Assembly: GCF_001186125.1 (NCBI RefSeq)
Contig: NW_014040433.1
Location: 18,521-82,520 of the forward strand
Length of the DNA: 64,000 nt
From: Sphaeroforma arctica JP610
Lineage: Eukaryota
Direction: 5' to 3'
A program made the position numbers and the translations under genes. The notes beneath the pieces were generated by a model that made no database searches, was not told where the DNA came from, and saw only the letters and a list, made by a program, of their open reading frames with translations. The first letter of the stretch is position 1, and each line of letters starts with the position of its first letter. Below, one piece after another: positions 13,080-26,141 of this stretch.

Positions 13080-14511
13080 CTAACGTACTTTGTAAATGCT
13101 GTCAGGCAAAGGGTACGCACTGATGAGAGTGGTCACTTTGTGATTTGCCAAGTATTTGCGGTGTTCTGACGATGTACAAGTCTTGGCAGTGTGATACTTC
13201 GCAGAACATATTTTGCATATTCGTGGATTTTCTTTGCGTTTGTATTCACGTCGATTCCTGGTACGTCGACCTTTTTTATGCCCTCGATGACCAGGATTTT
13301 TTGGAGGATGTACCTGACATAATTTGCTCTCGATATCGAGTTCATTTGGAATTTGAAGTGTCTCCGAATACTGCTTCATGTATGTCTTGACATGAAATAC
13401 AGGGCTGTACATGAATATTTAAAACAATGGTGGAAATATAGTAAATATAGTGGAATTTCGTTTAAACTTAAAATAGGTGAAACCTGTAAAATCAAGTGAC
13501 TTACTATTTCTCATCTTGTAGGTTGTACTTTTCTTTTAATTTATCATACCCCCGGGAGTTGTCCAATGCTAATGTCATCAGAGTTCTGCCTCCGTGTACA
13601 CATAGCATTCCAAACGCTTCTCGACGCAAGTATGCGCAAACCGATACACCTAGAGTGTGTGAAATAAAACGTTCATAAATGTCAATTCTGCCTACAGTAG
13701 TGGCTGGCTATTAACATGCTTGACAACGCAAAACAAAACAAAATCATTAGACCTACCATTAGACTTCAACGTTACTGAACACCGACCACGTACGGGTTCG
13801 TCTCTCAAGTCTTGAACAGTTGCCATGACACAGTCCTTTGAAACTGTAATAATTCCATGTAGAATAGTCATCAGTGGTAATTCGAGAGTTTGGAACAGAG
13901 TTTGTTAATGAGATAGCTATCTCATTAAGAGATGACACATACCTTTAGTAAGCAGTACTTTGATCTTTGAACCAGTCAACTCCCGTTTGTATTGTATGTG
14001 TTGTAGTGCGGGTTCGGTCAGTGTATGACCGAGTGTGTATAGGCTTAAAAACTCAACTTGTCGGCGACAGAACTTATCAGCAACGTACGTCAAGAATCCT
14101 CGGTTGAAACTCACCTAGTAAAGAGTAAGCGTTAGTTGATGCGAAGTATGAATTATACATGTCTCACAAATGCATCAGTTCAAGCGCAGAAATGTATCAC
14201 AAACGTTTCAATTCAAGCACAGAAATGTATCACAAACATACCGGTCCCAAGTTACGTAACAGGTCGAGTACGCCGTTTGTCTGTGCTACTAAATTGGAAG
14301 TCACATCGCCAAACCTGCAAATATTGATTTCTAGTACGTGTACGAATTGATTAGAAAATATAATTAATGCGATCGATATCCACAGTATAAAAGAATGCAA
14401 TACATCCACTGCTGCTGCGATAATGTCAAACTCACCACGGTCCGCAGAGGTGTATGCGGATATAGTGTATTCCTTTCTATGCTTCATCAGGATCCCGGCG
14501 ACTTCTTTGAG
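13080..14511 (-). pseudogene. Mutator/MULE-like transposase relic, C-terminal part (intron-containing)
   Basis: RFGDVTSNLVAQTNGVLDLLRNLGPV (MULE TxN-x-E-x-N..R motif, E lost), degenerate SWIM finger CAYLRREAFGMLCVH (~13595-13640), then PPK..GRR..R and knuckle CKICSAKYHTAKTC. Confidence 0.7.
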
Positions 14512-15276
14512 TGTAATAGCCGGGCCTCCACATTAGACTCTATGTTATAAGCGTACTCTTAAGCAGTACGTAAACTATAAACGTACTCTTAATAGTACAA
14601 GGAACTTAAGTTTCCTAAATGGTTTTTAACGGTTTTATTAATTAATACCTTTTCCATTTTACATATCAGATATTTGGACAAGGCCATTAAAAGGCCCCAG
14701 TAAAATACCAAACATATGATTTGGTCTAGTTCTATTATTAGAACTATATTTACTTTCCAAATATATTTATATCTGAATACTTCGGTAGCGAGATGGCTCA
14801 ACCGAATATAGGTTTCTAGGGACTATTAGCGTTACCTAGTTTAACCTCAGTTCAGCCAACCAGATATGCCAGTCTGATGAAGGCTAAGTCGGTAATTCTT
14901 GATAAGTGGCAAGTTATTGGTTAATGCACTAACTATGGACATCAAGAGTTTTTTTCTTTTTTCTTTTCTTTTTTTCTAAAGATAGGATTTTATGAGTCTC
15001 TCGGATTCGCCCCAACGAAACATACCATAGTTTCTAATAGAGCGACACCGAAACACTAAATAAAATCCCTTGGCGAAACCAGTACTGAGAGGATTATAAA
15101 TAGGCAATGTCTCAGCCTCACAATCCCTCAGAGTATTACTGATTTTACGAGGCATACCTAACTTTACTAAAAGACTCATTTCGTTTATGTACTTCGAATT
15201 TCACGATACTTAGACTTAACCTACACGTTTAATCACTCTAAGGCGTTAATATCGCCTTGATAGACCGAATCTTACA
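14512..15276 (+). repeat. 5' LTR of element A
   Basis: Near-identical to 21780-22540; TATA-like tataaata at ~15095. Confidence 0.93.
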
Positions 15277-15403
15277 CATTTTAAAGTTAGCAAAGGTATT
15301 AACTACTTAGACTACTTGAATGTAAAGGTAGATAACTACCACGAAATTTTCCTAAGCACAGTCATTCCTTAAGAGAAAAAGACTGAAGTCATAAGTTAAG
15401 ATT

Positions 15404-17510
15404 ATGACACAGAAAGACAATACACCTGCAAAGAAACGCAAGGCTGAACGTAAGAAGATGGAGAGAGAAGCCGCTAGCGCTGCCGCAGAAGCAACCACCG
15501 CCGCTGCCGATGCGTTTAACCGCACCGTAGCCGAAGCACTTGTCTCCGACAATAATAGTCGACAGAACAATGCTTCGGATATGGATGTAGCCACTCCGAT
15601 TAAGGAGACTACTCCTACAGACAGATCTTGAGGGCCAACTATTGCTTCAACTTCAAAGCTTGCATTTTACGAAGCCAAGAAGTGAAACAAGGGACACGTC
15701 TCAAGACGCCCCAACCAACTCTTCTGACGAAACTCAGAAAGGAGAGTCCCCAATTATAGGGGACAAAGACGAATATCAGAAGGTACCTATAACGGAACCA
15801 GAAGAGGAGGCAAGCTCAAGTGGCAAACCCAAATCTACGTCTGAGACCACTGAACCAACGCGCATAAGTAAGTTAATTACTGAAAACACTGAGCTTAAGA
15901 ATCAGATAGCCGCCCTTATGAAAGACATGACCGTTGAACATGTAGATCGAATGTATAGATCAGGAAAANNNNNNNNNNNNNNNNNNNNNNNNNNNNNNNN
16001 NNNNNNNNNNNNNNNNNNNNNNNNNNNNNNNNNNNNNNNNNNNNNNNNNNNNNNNNNNNNNNNNNNNNNNNNNNNNNNNNNNNNNNNNNNNNNNNNNNNN
16101 NNNNNNNNNNNNNNNNNNNNNNNNNNNNNNNNNNNNNNNNNNNNNNNNNNNNNNNNNNNNNNNNNNNNNNNNNNNNNNNNNNNNNNNNNNNNNNNNNNNN
16201 NNNNNNNNNNNNNNNNNNNNNNNNNNNNNNNNNNNNNNNNNNNNNNNNNNNNNNNNNNNNNNNNNNNNNNNNNNNNNNNNNNNNNNNNNNNNNNNNNNNN
16301 NNNNNNNNNNNNNNNNNNNNNNNNNNNNNNNNNNNNNNNNNNNNNNNNNNNNNNNNNNNNNNNNNNNNNNNNNNNNNNNNNNNNNNNNNNNNNNNNNNNN
16401 NNNNNNNNNNNNNNNNNNNNNNNNNNNNNNNNNNNNNNNNNNNNNNNNNNNNNNNNNNNNNNNNNNNNNNNNNNNNNNNNNNNNNNNNNNNNNNNNNNNN
16501 NNNNNNNNNNNNNNNNNNNNNNNNNNNNNNNNNNNNNNNNNNNNNNNNNNNNNNNNNNNNNNNNNNNNNNNNNNNNNNNNNNNNNNNNNNNNNNNNNNNN
16601 NNNNNNNNNNNNNNNNNNNNNNNNNNNNNNNNNNNNNNNNNNNNNNNNNNNNNNNNNNNNNNNNNNNNNNNNNNNNNNNNNNNNNNNNNNNNNNNNNNNN
16701 NNNNNNNNNNNNNNNNNNNNNNNNNNNNNNNNNNNNNNNNNNNNNNNNNNNNNNNNNNNNNNNNNNNNNNNNNNNNNNNNNNNNNNNNNNNNNNNNNNNN
16801 NNNNNNNNNNNNNNNNNNNNNNNNNNNNNNNNNNNNNNNNNNNNNNNNNNNNNNNNNNNNNNNNNNNNNNNNNNNNNNNNNNNNNNNNNNNNNNNNNNNN
16901 NNNNNNNNNNNAACAAAGGACAAGGCGCAGCGGGATGGGTACGAGTTCCTGGCTATGCATGTTTTCTGTAAGAACATAGGGAACAACGACCGTGAAAGTC
17001 TGTACACCGAGTTGCGACGTAAATACGCTACCGAGGCTCGATACAAGGGACATGAAACAAAGTTTTTATCTATCCCGACTTACGTGGGAACAGTTTTATG
17101 ATACTGTATCCACTCTTTTCCCCGCACACCGAGTAACCTCGAAGGGAAAGGCGGTAAATAAGAAACCGCGCGAGCACGCTGATCAAGGATACCCACGCCA
17201 GACGTCAGATGATAAACCTCATCAGACGCGTCCTAAGCAGACACGTGCTCGTGACTCCACTCAATCAACGCGACCCAATAAACGAGCACGCGCATAGGCG
17301 AAGGACAAGGAACCTTCATGTAAGGAGATTAGGAAATGTGCCGACGCACAGTGTGGGTATGACATGTACCAATTGACCCCTAACGGTGATTGGAATGGCA
17401 GACATGCACCCACCTGTACATATTTTCTTACTAAGTGTGACAAGTGTGAGAAGACCAATGGCTATCACGCCAAGTCTTGTGACAAAAAGCCCGACATTAA
17501 GTTGGAGTGA
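15404..17510 (+). pseudogene. gag: gag of element A (frameshift, internal stop, spans an assembly gap)
   Basis: Basic N-terminus, coiled coil, C-terminal Cys/His finger homologous to the one in element B. Confidence 0.7.
15969..16910. other. Assembly gap (N run)
   Basis: Ns in the sequence. Confidence 1.
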
Positions 17511-20500
17511 AAGTACTACCAGGTACAATCGTTACAAAGGAAACACAACGACTCTTTAGACGAGCGTGTAATAATACCTATATATTGCAATGGAAATAAA
17601 GTCCTTGCATTGATTGATCCTGGTTCAGAAATTTCATGTATATCCGACCGCTTTGCATTAATGAAAGACATAGAAAGGCGCACTCGAACTACTCACCTAA
17701 TCCTAGCAGATGACAAAACTTCTAAGTGTAATACCATGGCCACAGATGTTAAAATCTCTCTGGCCGATGATAGAAATATCACTACCCAAGCTGTGATAGT
17801 TAAGATGTCACAGAAGTACGACTTAATAGTCGGAATGAGTGACTTACTCGCTCCAGGTATAGCCGTATCTGGTTTACCAAATAACATAGATCCATTAAAG
17901 GATCAATCAGCCGATAACTGTCTGAAACCATATAAGCCCCCGTCAGACACAGTCAAGGTATTAATACCTGACTTTGCGGACAAAATCATGGATCTGATTC
18001 TAGTAAATAAGACGATAAAGATCACAGATTGGGCAAAATTTCGGTTTAACGACGGGTATGTCAGCCTTGACTTATCCAAGGTAGACTTTACTAAGATCAA
18101 ATGCCCTTCAAGAAACTATGTTTCTTGGAGACACGAAGCTGTAGTTAAAGAACAAGTTGAGAAATGGTTATCCGATAGGGTAATCGAAATCAATTACCAA
18201 CAAACGCCAGTTAACTTAGCATTATTGGCAGTTGATCAACACAACTCTGACGGAACATTTAAGAAAGTCAGAGTATGTCTAGATATGAGTCCAATGAATA
18301 AGTTATTGCCGACACATAGTTTCCATCTCCCTCGTATAAACGAGTTATTGAGACGAATGGAAGGTGCTACGGTGTTTACATCCATAGACCTAACACAGGG
18401 GTATCATCAAATGCAAGTTTATGAACCCCATCGTAAGTACTTTAGTTTACCTGGAAAGGTAAACAATACAGGTTCAGAGGTGCATCTTTCGGGTTGCACT
18501 CCTTACCAGCATTCTTCCAACAAGTAAGGGAGTAAATGTTTGCAGACATGCCTAACGTGCAAGTCTATATAGATGACATATTCATCTTTTCTAAGACTAA
18601 GGGCGAACATGCCGCATTAGTCAGGCGAGTCCTTCAGAGACTCAACGAACAAAACTTCAAGATTAACGAGAAGAAATGACACTTCGCCATGAGCGAAATA
18701 CAGCTCTTAGGCTACCGTATATCTGGGGAAGGTATTAAAATCGACCCCGGTAAAGTGGAACACCTGTTAGATTGGCGAACACCAACTACAGGAAGAGATG
18801 TGAACAGCATGTGTGGGTTTGTAAACTTCTTTTCAGATGGGGTACCACACTTGGCTGATTATCTTAAACCCTTTGGACACTTAAGATGTCATAAAGGCAA
18901 ACTAGGAGACTTGTAGACTAAAGAGTGTGATGACGCATTTAAAGCTCTCAAGCACGCAGTCCAACAAGCCCCTGTTGTACAAGGACCAGTCGATGGCGTG
19001 CCTTTTGAAATAGCAACGGACGCATCAGACTTAGCACTCGGAGGTGTACTATACCAGGTTATAGATTATAAACCTAGGTATATACAATTCTTTAGCCGAG
19101 AAATGAATGCATCACAGATGAATTATCCAACTGTGAAGCAAGAGCTACTAGCCATAGTAGCAGCTTTAACAAACTTCCGCGATTGCTTATACGAAACCGC
19201 TTTTACGCTGATGTGTGATCAGAAGTCCCTTCAATATATGAAGGAAATAAAGTCAGACTCTCGATTACTGAGCCGATGGCATGATACACTATCAAAGTGT
19301 CATTTTGATATCAAACATCTACCAGGGATACATAACCATTTACCGGATATGATATCACGCTTTGTACCGGACTTTAATAAATTCGTACGCGAGTTACAAG
19401 CCACTGATTGGAAATGTAACCCCAGGGGGTTTGAACTGGCTCAAAAAATATTTGGGCCACATACAGTTGCATGTTTGCTGCACATCATAATGCACAACTT
19501 AAGAATTACAGGACTTTAAATCATCCTTTAGGAGATGCCTTTCAGCTAGACCTCTCCGAACATAATGCGTGGGCTAATCCACCATGGCAGTTAATTGCCC
19601 AATTACTAAATTATGTTCATATACACAAAGCTATCATCACGTTGTGTTGCCCATTACGGAGTAAAGATTCATGGCTTAATACATTAATAGGTATGATACA
19701 ATGCGAGCCAATATATTTAGATAGGGAAGTAGATACTTTTCTATATCAGGGTACCCGAGCCGTCCAGAAGACGCCCTGGAGACATACTATAATATGTCGT
19801 ATAGGTCCCATTAGAACAACCAAATGGACCCCTTCTGAGACCTTCCTTAACAAGGTCAAAGAATCAGAGATTCTACTCTCTACTAACTTGAACGTTAAGC
19901 AGTTCAAAGGCAACACAGCACTTGAAGTCTGTGCACAAGAAATATAGTCTACTAATGACACTACAGTTAAGAAGCGTAAATCGGTGTTTAATAACATACA
20001 GTCCAAGGAAGTCTTTCAAACCGTATTTTTAAAGGGATTAATGAAAGATAATCCTGAAGCATATACACATATAATGCAACTATTAAATGAGTCAGGTGTA
20101 TCAAACGCACACGAGCGCATTTATGACACTCATGCGAAAGAAGGACAGGAGTCTGGAAACACTACAGACTTAGAGACCATGCAAGTCCCTACCTTTATTC
20201 TGGAGGAGCAGAATGATGAAAACATTCTTGCTTGGCTGACGCAAAACCATAAGCTGAAGCACAAGAACGTAGTAGACGCACTTAAAGATGCTAAGCGAAA
20301 TGGGATCGCGCACCCTAAGCTGGCAACTTTAGTTGACAGAGTATATCAGTCATGTACAGACTGTGATCTCAACCAGATTAAGCGCTATGGGTTCGTATCG
20401 CTTAAGAGTGTGACTGAAGATGTTCCATGGCGCAGGGTCATCATTGATCTGGTTGACCTGCCTACGTCCGAGCACACAGGCGACCGTTACGTATGCCACT

Positions 20501-21640
20501 TCATTGGTGTGGCGTCACGGTATAACTTGCTCTATCCGTTAAAGGACAAGAGTACGCAGACCATGGCAGAATTATGTTGCCAAGTCTTTGCTGACCACGG
20601 GTGGCCAGGTATTGTGTGTACTGATAACGGTAGCGAGTTCTGCGATGACGTAATGGAATCGGTAGTACTCGTAACAGGCATGTGCCATAAAACGGGTGTA
20701 CCATATAAACCGCAAACACAAGGCGCGAATGAAACGCGCCATAGAAGACTTAACTTCTTCTTACGTACTGCATTAACGGATGATGCAGATGATTGGCCGT
20801 ACCACCTTAAGTGGGTACAAACACAGATGAACGAGTGTGCTGATCCGGTTACAGGTACAACACCCGCTCACTATTTTCGTGGCAGATATAGTGAGTTACA
20901 AATACCTTTTAGCAAGGACGAACCTAATCACCAAGAGTTACCATGGTTAGAGAAGGTAGATCGTATTTATAACGTTGTATATCTTTGCTTGCGAGAAACA
21001 CGCAATATTGCCTTATTAAAAAGGCAAAATAGATAGAATGCTACCAAGAAGATAGCAGAGTATCAGGTTGGAGACAGAGTTAACATCCGTCAACGTATTT
21101 CCGATGCTACTGTATTAACATCTAAATGGTTAGGACCATATATAATCTCTGTAGCTGACGTTAAAAGTGGAACCTATGAGGTTAATAACTCCGACGGTTA
21201 CAGTGCTTTAAATATAGGCGTTAGTCGGATTCCGACTACCGAGTTTATTCTCGCAAGAAGACATGACTATAATGCCCCTCTTGATCGTTCTGAATTTAAA
21301 GACATTATATGGAGAACGGATCATGGAGGCTATACATACTATCGTACACGCTTTATAGCGCTGAGTTGACTTCAGATGCTTTCGATAATCAAGACTATTT
21401 AAAAGCCTTTAATCGAAAATGGCATAAACGCCTGCATAAGTCACAAGCTGAAAAAGATAGCACGTTTCCATCGTCTGAAGGCACGAAGTTAAAACTTACC
21501 CGCCTACAGCATTTATCCCGAGCTTTAATGCTCACCTTTCATATGTGCTTAAGACACTGAAGCGTAAGGAACGTCCAGTCGACCACCACGGACCTACTGA
21601 ACCTAAGCCCAAAACTCACAGGGTAACCGAGAACGCTTAA
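17511..21640 (+). pseudogene. pol: pol of element A (protease, RT, RNase H, adenine MTase-like domain, integrase, GPY/F, chromodomain-like) with several stops and frameshifts
   Basis: LIDPGS; IDLTQGYHQ; VYIDD; ATDASD; NPPW; HKLKH..CTDC; IIDL, TDNGSEF, QGANE; KWLGPY. Confidence 0.92.
19406..19810 (+). other. N6-adenine DNA methyltransferase-like domain (phage Dam/DIRS type) in pol of A
   Basis: TDWKCNP..FGPHTV[D]MFAAHHNAQL (1-nt frameshift near 19469)..DAF..NAWANPPW (19576-19587)..CCP..W. Confidence 0.85.
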
Positions 21641-21779
21641 CTTTTCCGCCTGAGAAACATTAACTATACGTTATGCTACTTAATGTTTTCGACCCGTTTT
21701 TCCTTTCTCGCTTTTTGACCCATAATCAGCTTGAGTGAGCAACTTGCTTCTCCTGGGTCTCAAAGCTGGGTGGGGGCTG

Positions 21780-22540
21780 TGTAAGCCGGGCCTCCACATT
21801 AGACTATGTTATAAACGTACTCTTAAGCAGTACGTAAACTATAAACGTACTCTTAATAGTACAAGGAACTTGAGTTTCCTGAATGGGTTTTAACGGTTTT
21901 ATTAATTAATACATTTTCCATTTTGCATATCAGATATTTGGACAAGGCCATTAAAAGGCCCCAGTAAAATACAAACATATGATTTGGTCTAGTTCTATTA
22001 TTAGAACTATATTTACTTTCCAAATATATTTATATCTGAATACTTCGGTAGCGAGATGGCTCAACCGAATATAGGTTTCTAGGGACTATTAGCGTTACCT
22101 AGTTTAACCTCAGTTCAGCCAACCAGATATGCCAGTCTGATGAAGGCTAAATCGGTAATTCTTGATAAGTGGCAAGTTATTGGTTAATGCACTAACTATG
22201 GACATCAAGAGTTTTTTCTTTTTTTTCTATTCTTTTTTTCTAAAGATAGGATTTTATGAGTCTCTCGGATTCGCCCCAACGAAACATACCATAGTTTCTA
22301 ATAGAGCGACACCGAAACATTAAATAAAATCCCTTGGCGAAACCAGTACTGAGAGGATTATAAATAGGCAATGTCTCAGCCTCACAATCCCTCAGAGTAT
22401 TACTGATTTGACGAGGCATACCTAACTTTACTAAAAGACTCATTTCGATTATTTACTTCGAATTTCACGATACTTAGACTTAACCTACACGTTTAATTAC
22501 TCTAAGGCGTTAATATCGCCTTGATAGACCGAATCTCACA
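21780..22540 (+). repeat. 3' LTR of element A
   Basis: Follows the PPT; TGTAAG...CTCACA; matches the 5' LTR. Confidence 0.93.
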
Positions 22541-23281
22541 GTAAGGCTTGAAGAGAATTGGATTTGTACGATTCATTGTGTTTAGCACTACTATAGTCAG
22601 ATACTATAGTCAGGTGAATGTTTGACTAAAATCGTTAGTGATACCGTAGTTTTTTTCTTCATTTTACATCTGTTAGCATAAAATAGAGTGTCGGTATAGA
22701 GATCTATGTACTATTGCCATTCGTTTTCAGGTCGAGCCACTCACGGATGACTGCACGATGCAATCCATAATGATCCGCGTTTAGCAGACAAAAAAGGTTT
22801 TCAAATAATTGAACATTCTCGATATTCACATTTTGTGATACATGGATGTGAAGTTCATACGTGGTGCTTTGAGGTTCGTATCAGTTTTTATATCAGTTGT
22901 AATCTCAATTTCGAGAGTGCTAATCGTAATTATTCATTACTCTCTGCACGGACCCCTTGAAAGGGCCTATGAAGAAATGAGCATTCTATTTCCTAGATAA
23001 TTTGATGCACCTGATATATGTTCCGCATGGAGCAAGAATACGATAGCAAACCAATTGCAGATAGAATATCAAATTCAATTAACGAATGTTTGTATTAGCT
23101 TATGATATAACAAACCTTCTGTCTAAGCAACCATTCTGCCAGGGTGAAAGGCGTGGAAAAAAAAAGTTGATCATTTGCAGTAAAAAAATCCGAAACGGCT
23201 TAAAATATATTCATTTCGGCATGGGAATAATGTAGAGAAACTCAGGTTGCCTCCATCTCCTTCTGATAACGGCGGATCTGG
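22541..23281 (-). pseudogene. Probable middle part of the MULE transposase relic, between insertions A and B
   Basis: Lies between two recognisable MULE segments; its right end joins in frame with 31316-31475 when B is removed. Heavily degenerate. Confidence 0.45.
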
Positions 23282-23337
23282 TGTAAAATTCGGTCTCCTT
23301 TTTACATAGTTTTAAGTTTATATACGCTATCGATATT

Positions 23338-26141
23338 ATGACGAAAGGAAAAAATAAGACAGCGAATGTAGCTAAGGCTGCAAAAGCGAAAGGGTTTACT
23401 GTTGGCGAAGAAAAGCAGAAAACACACCCGGCACCATCAGCAGAAGCTGAAGCAACTGAGATCACGCCGGTACAACCGGCACCAACTCTGACTAAACGGA
23501 AACGCAAGAAGTTGGTTGACTCGGGTGTAGGTGCAACCGGAGGTAATGTGACTACGGAGCCACAGAAGCCACCAGCGAAGACGGCGAAATCTCGAAAGGG
23601 AAAAGCCGAGACATCGCAATCCTCGGAAGATTCAACTTCAGAGGAAGTGCGACATGCACTGGAATCAGATGTATCATCCCCGCCAGTGGACACGCGCACA
23701 GCACGTAGGCAAGATCCTACTTATCATATGATAGCAAGGGATAGGAGATCCTTCCTGAAGAACTACCAACCAATGGTACATGAATTGAGACCTACTAAGC
23801 AGCGGAAGAAAAAGCAGGCCGCAGCGAAGGATCAAGGTCATGGTAAATCAGGGGAGGATGACTCGGAGGATGTGCCAATAGCACAAACTCTGTTGTATCA
23901 ACCCCAAATCAACGTAACGGAGGAACAACTGCGTTTCGTGGATATAGGTCCGGATGATGTGGACCATACACTTCACCATCAGGACGACGATTCGGACACC
24001 AGGTTGGATTCACAATTCCTGCGCTTACCCAAAACACCACTACGACCGGCTTGGCGACAGAACTTTGATCTGGGCCATCCATACCAGACTCAGATTGATA
24101 TCCAGAGGAGGGTCAACGAAAGTTGATCCGTCAGCGGGCCAACCGGGCATGGGTGTTTCGAAACACGTATGGAACGTACTTTCCGGATGTAGTGAAGACC
24201 AACCCGGATGGTACAATCTCACCGAGGTATGTAATGAATGCAGCAGTAAGAAATTTTGGGCTCGATTTGTTTAGAGATTCTAAATACTACAATCGGCTAA
24301 TAGCAATGAAAACTGACGAAGGTAAGCAGGCACGCAAACTTTTCCGTCGGTTTCAAAAGATACTACCGAAGGTATTCGGAACTAGGAGAGATGGAAGTTT
24401 TGCACACTTAATTTGGTACGTAATTCGGGATCTTCTTGGAGACATTCCCGCGATGTCAAACCATTTGGCACTCTATCAAGCCATATTGGCGTTTGAGATG
24501 TTGTCAGACAATGGAGAGGTAAACAGAATCCGATCTTCATCATCCGAAGCTCAATCTTCTCCTGGATTGGACGCAACAGCAATGTCGCGAATGGCATCTG
24601 AACAGGAGCCTAAACCAAATCCACCACCGGAAGGAAATCCACAGAATGCCCCAGAGGTATTTCCGAAGGACAAATCGACCGAAGAGCCTAAACCTGATCA
24701 GGTGGAAGCTAGAAAATCTTTGTCGTCATCGGGAGACAGTTCGCCCCCAGCGGCTATCCCAACGACGACAAAAGATGCTGTCCCATCAGAAGCGTTCATT
24801 CACATCGAACAGGTCGATGGATCAAAGGATGAGGCAGACAACTGACTGCATGGTCAAATGCAGTTAGAAAAGAAGGGATCAGATCACTCTAGTAGTGATC
24901 TGAAAATTGCTGAATTCACTGTTCAAATGAACAAGGCTGAGGCTGCTTCACTCGAGGCGACGGATCTAGGTAGGATTGATGCCGCTAGTCTTTATATGAC
25001 AATGGCTACGCACTTCCAGACTAAGATCGATTCAGAACCAAGAGTGATTCAGACCGAGAAGGCCGTGGAAGGCAAGAAGTTTGTCAAGGACATAGGTAAA
25101 CTACCAACGACATACAGATCTGATCGAAAGGACCGGAAGGATCCAATCGATACTAGCAGTCTGGTGTTGTTATCTAGGTCTTTGAAAGAGTTTGGACAGA
25201 TTATGCTTACAGCCAATCTACGGAAGAATCTATGGTTCGAAGCAGCGCAGCAGAGCTTTAAGCCGTCCTCTTACAAGTACAACAAGTTAGAGAAAGCGAA
25301 ACAAGCGATCACTAAGCTGAAAACGTGGAAAGAGCGGAGTGAGATGATCGTCCACTTATTTTCGAGGGATCCTCGACCGGAATTGCTTGTATCGATCATG
25401 ATACCACCGGAAGAAGGAACGCCAGTGTCCCACTACTTATTAGAGTTGGACACACACATGTCACGGGCACAGACTCAGGAGATGTCACCTGACATACTAT
25501 CCTTGTGTGTACTATGGGTGCAGACAATATTTTGGTCAAACCTACATAGGAGAGATCAAGAGATTCTGTACGCTGATATGCATCAATATTACCCGGACAA
25601 GGTACGAGAGATCTCCATTGAAGGACCTACTTACGGCATAATGTAGCTAGCGGACTTAACCTGGGCTGAATTTTACTCGAGAGCGCATCAGACGTTTACC
25701 AAACGCCCTAGTTCCGTGGTGAAAGTCACTAATGCTCAGAGGAAGGTCGGCGGCAATCTTACCGGGGGATCAGGCAATGGTCGAGACTCTCAGTCCACTA
25801 ATGGAGGTCAGAAGGTAAACAAAGGGGGTGACAAGGGTGGCAATAAGAACAAAAATACAAATGGTTCTGAAGGCCACAAGAACAATGTCATCCCTAAGGG
25901 TAACCAGACCAACAGAAATGGACCGCTGGCAGGCAACCCTAAGCCTAGGCATTGGGAGGTCAAGAACTGTAGTGAGACTGATTGCAATTGGCGAACGACT
26001 CAACATGAGCCGAATGGCGGATGGAATGGAAGGCACGCAGAAAAGTGTAAGCACTCTATCGAGAAGTGTGCCGACTGTACCGGGACTGGAGGTTACCACA
26101 AGCATACATGCAAGGTGAAACCAAAAGTTGAAGTTAAGTGA
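23338..26141 (+). pseudogene. gag: Long gag of element B (~930 codons; one frameshift near 24123, stops at 24845 and 25646)
   Basis: Consecutive ORFs 23338-24126, 24123-24845, 24858-25646, 25716-26141, ending in a double Cys/His finger. Confidence 0.75.

Larger units (their letters stand above)
14512..22540 (+). mobile_element. Ty3/gypsy chromovirus-like LTR retrotransposon A, full length but degenerate: gag-PR-RT-RH-MTase-IN-chromo
   Basis: Paired near-identical ~760-bp LTRs (TGTAA...TTACA / CTCACA), PPT aagctgggtggggg before the 3' LTR, pol motifs DPGS, YIDD, TDAS, D-D-E. Possible 4-bp TSD GTAA (14513-14516 / 22541-22544) if the 5' LTR lost 3 nt at its start. Confidence 0.95.

Noticed and set aside
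14976..15179. Repeated 67-aa antisense ORF (also 22240-22443)
   Set aside because: Repeated only because it lies in the two LTRs of A; no evidence of coding
15902..17053. Long ORFs of 300-445 aa
   Set aside because: Open only because they span the N gap
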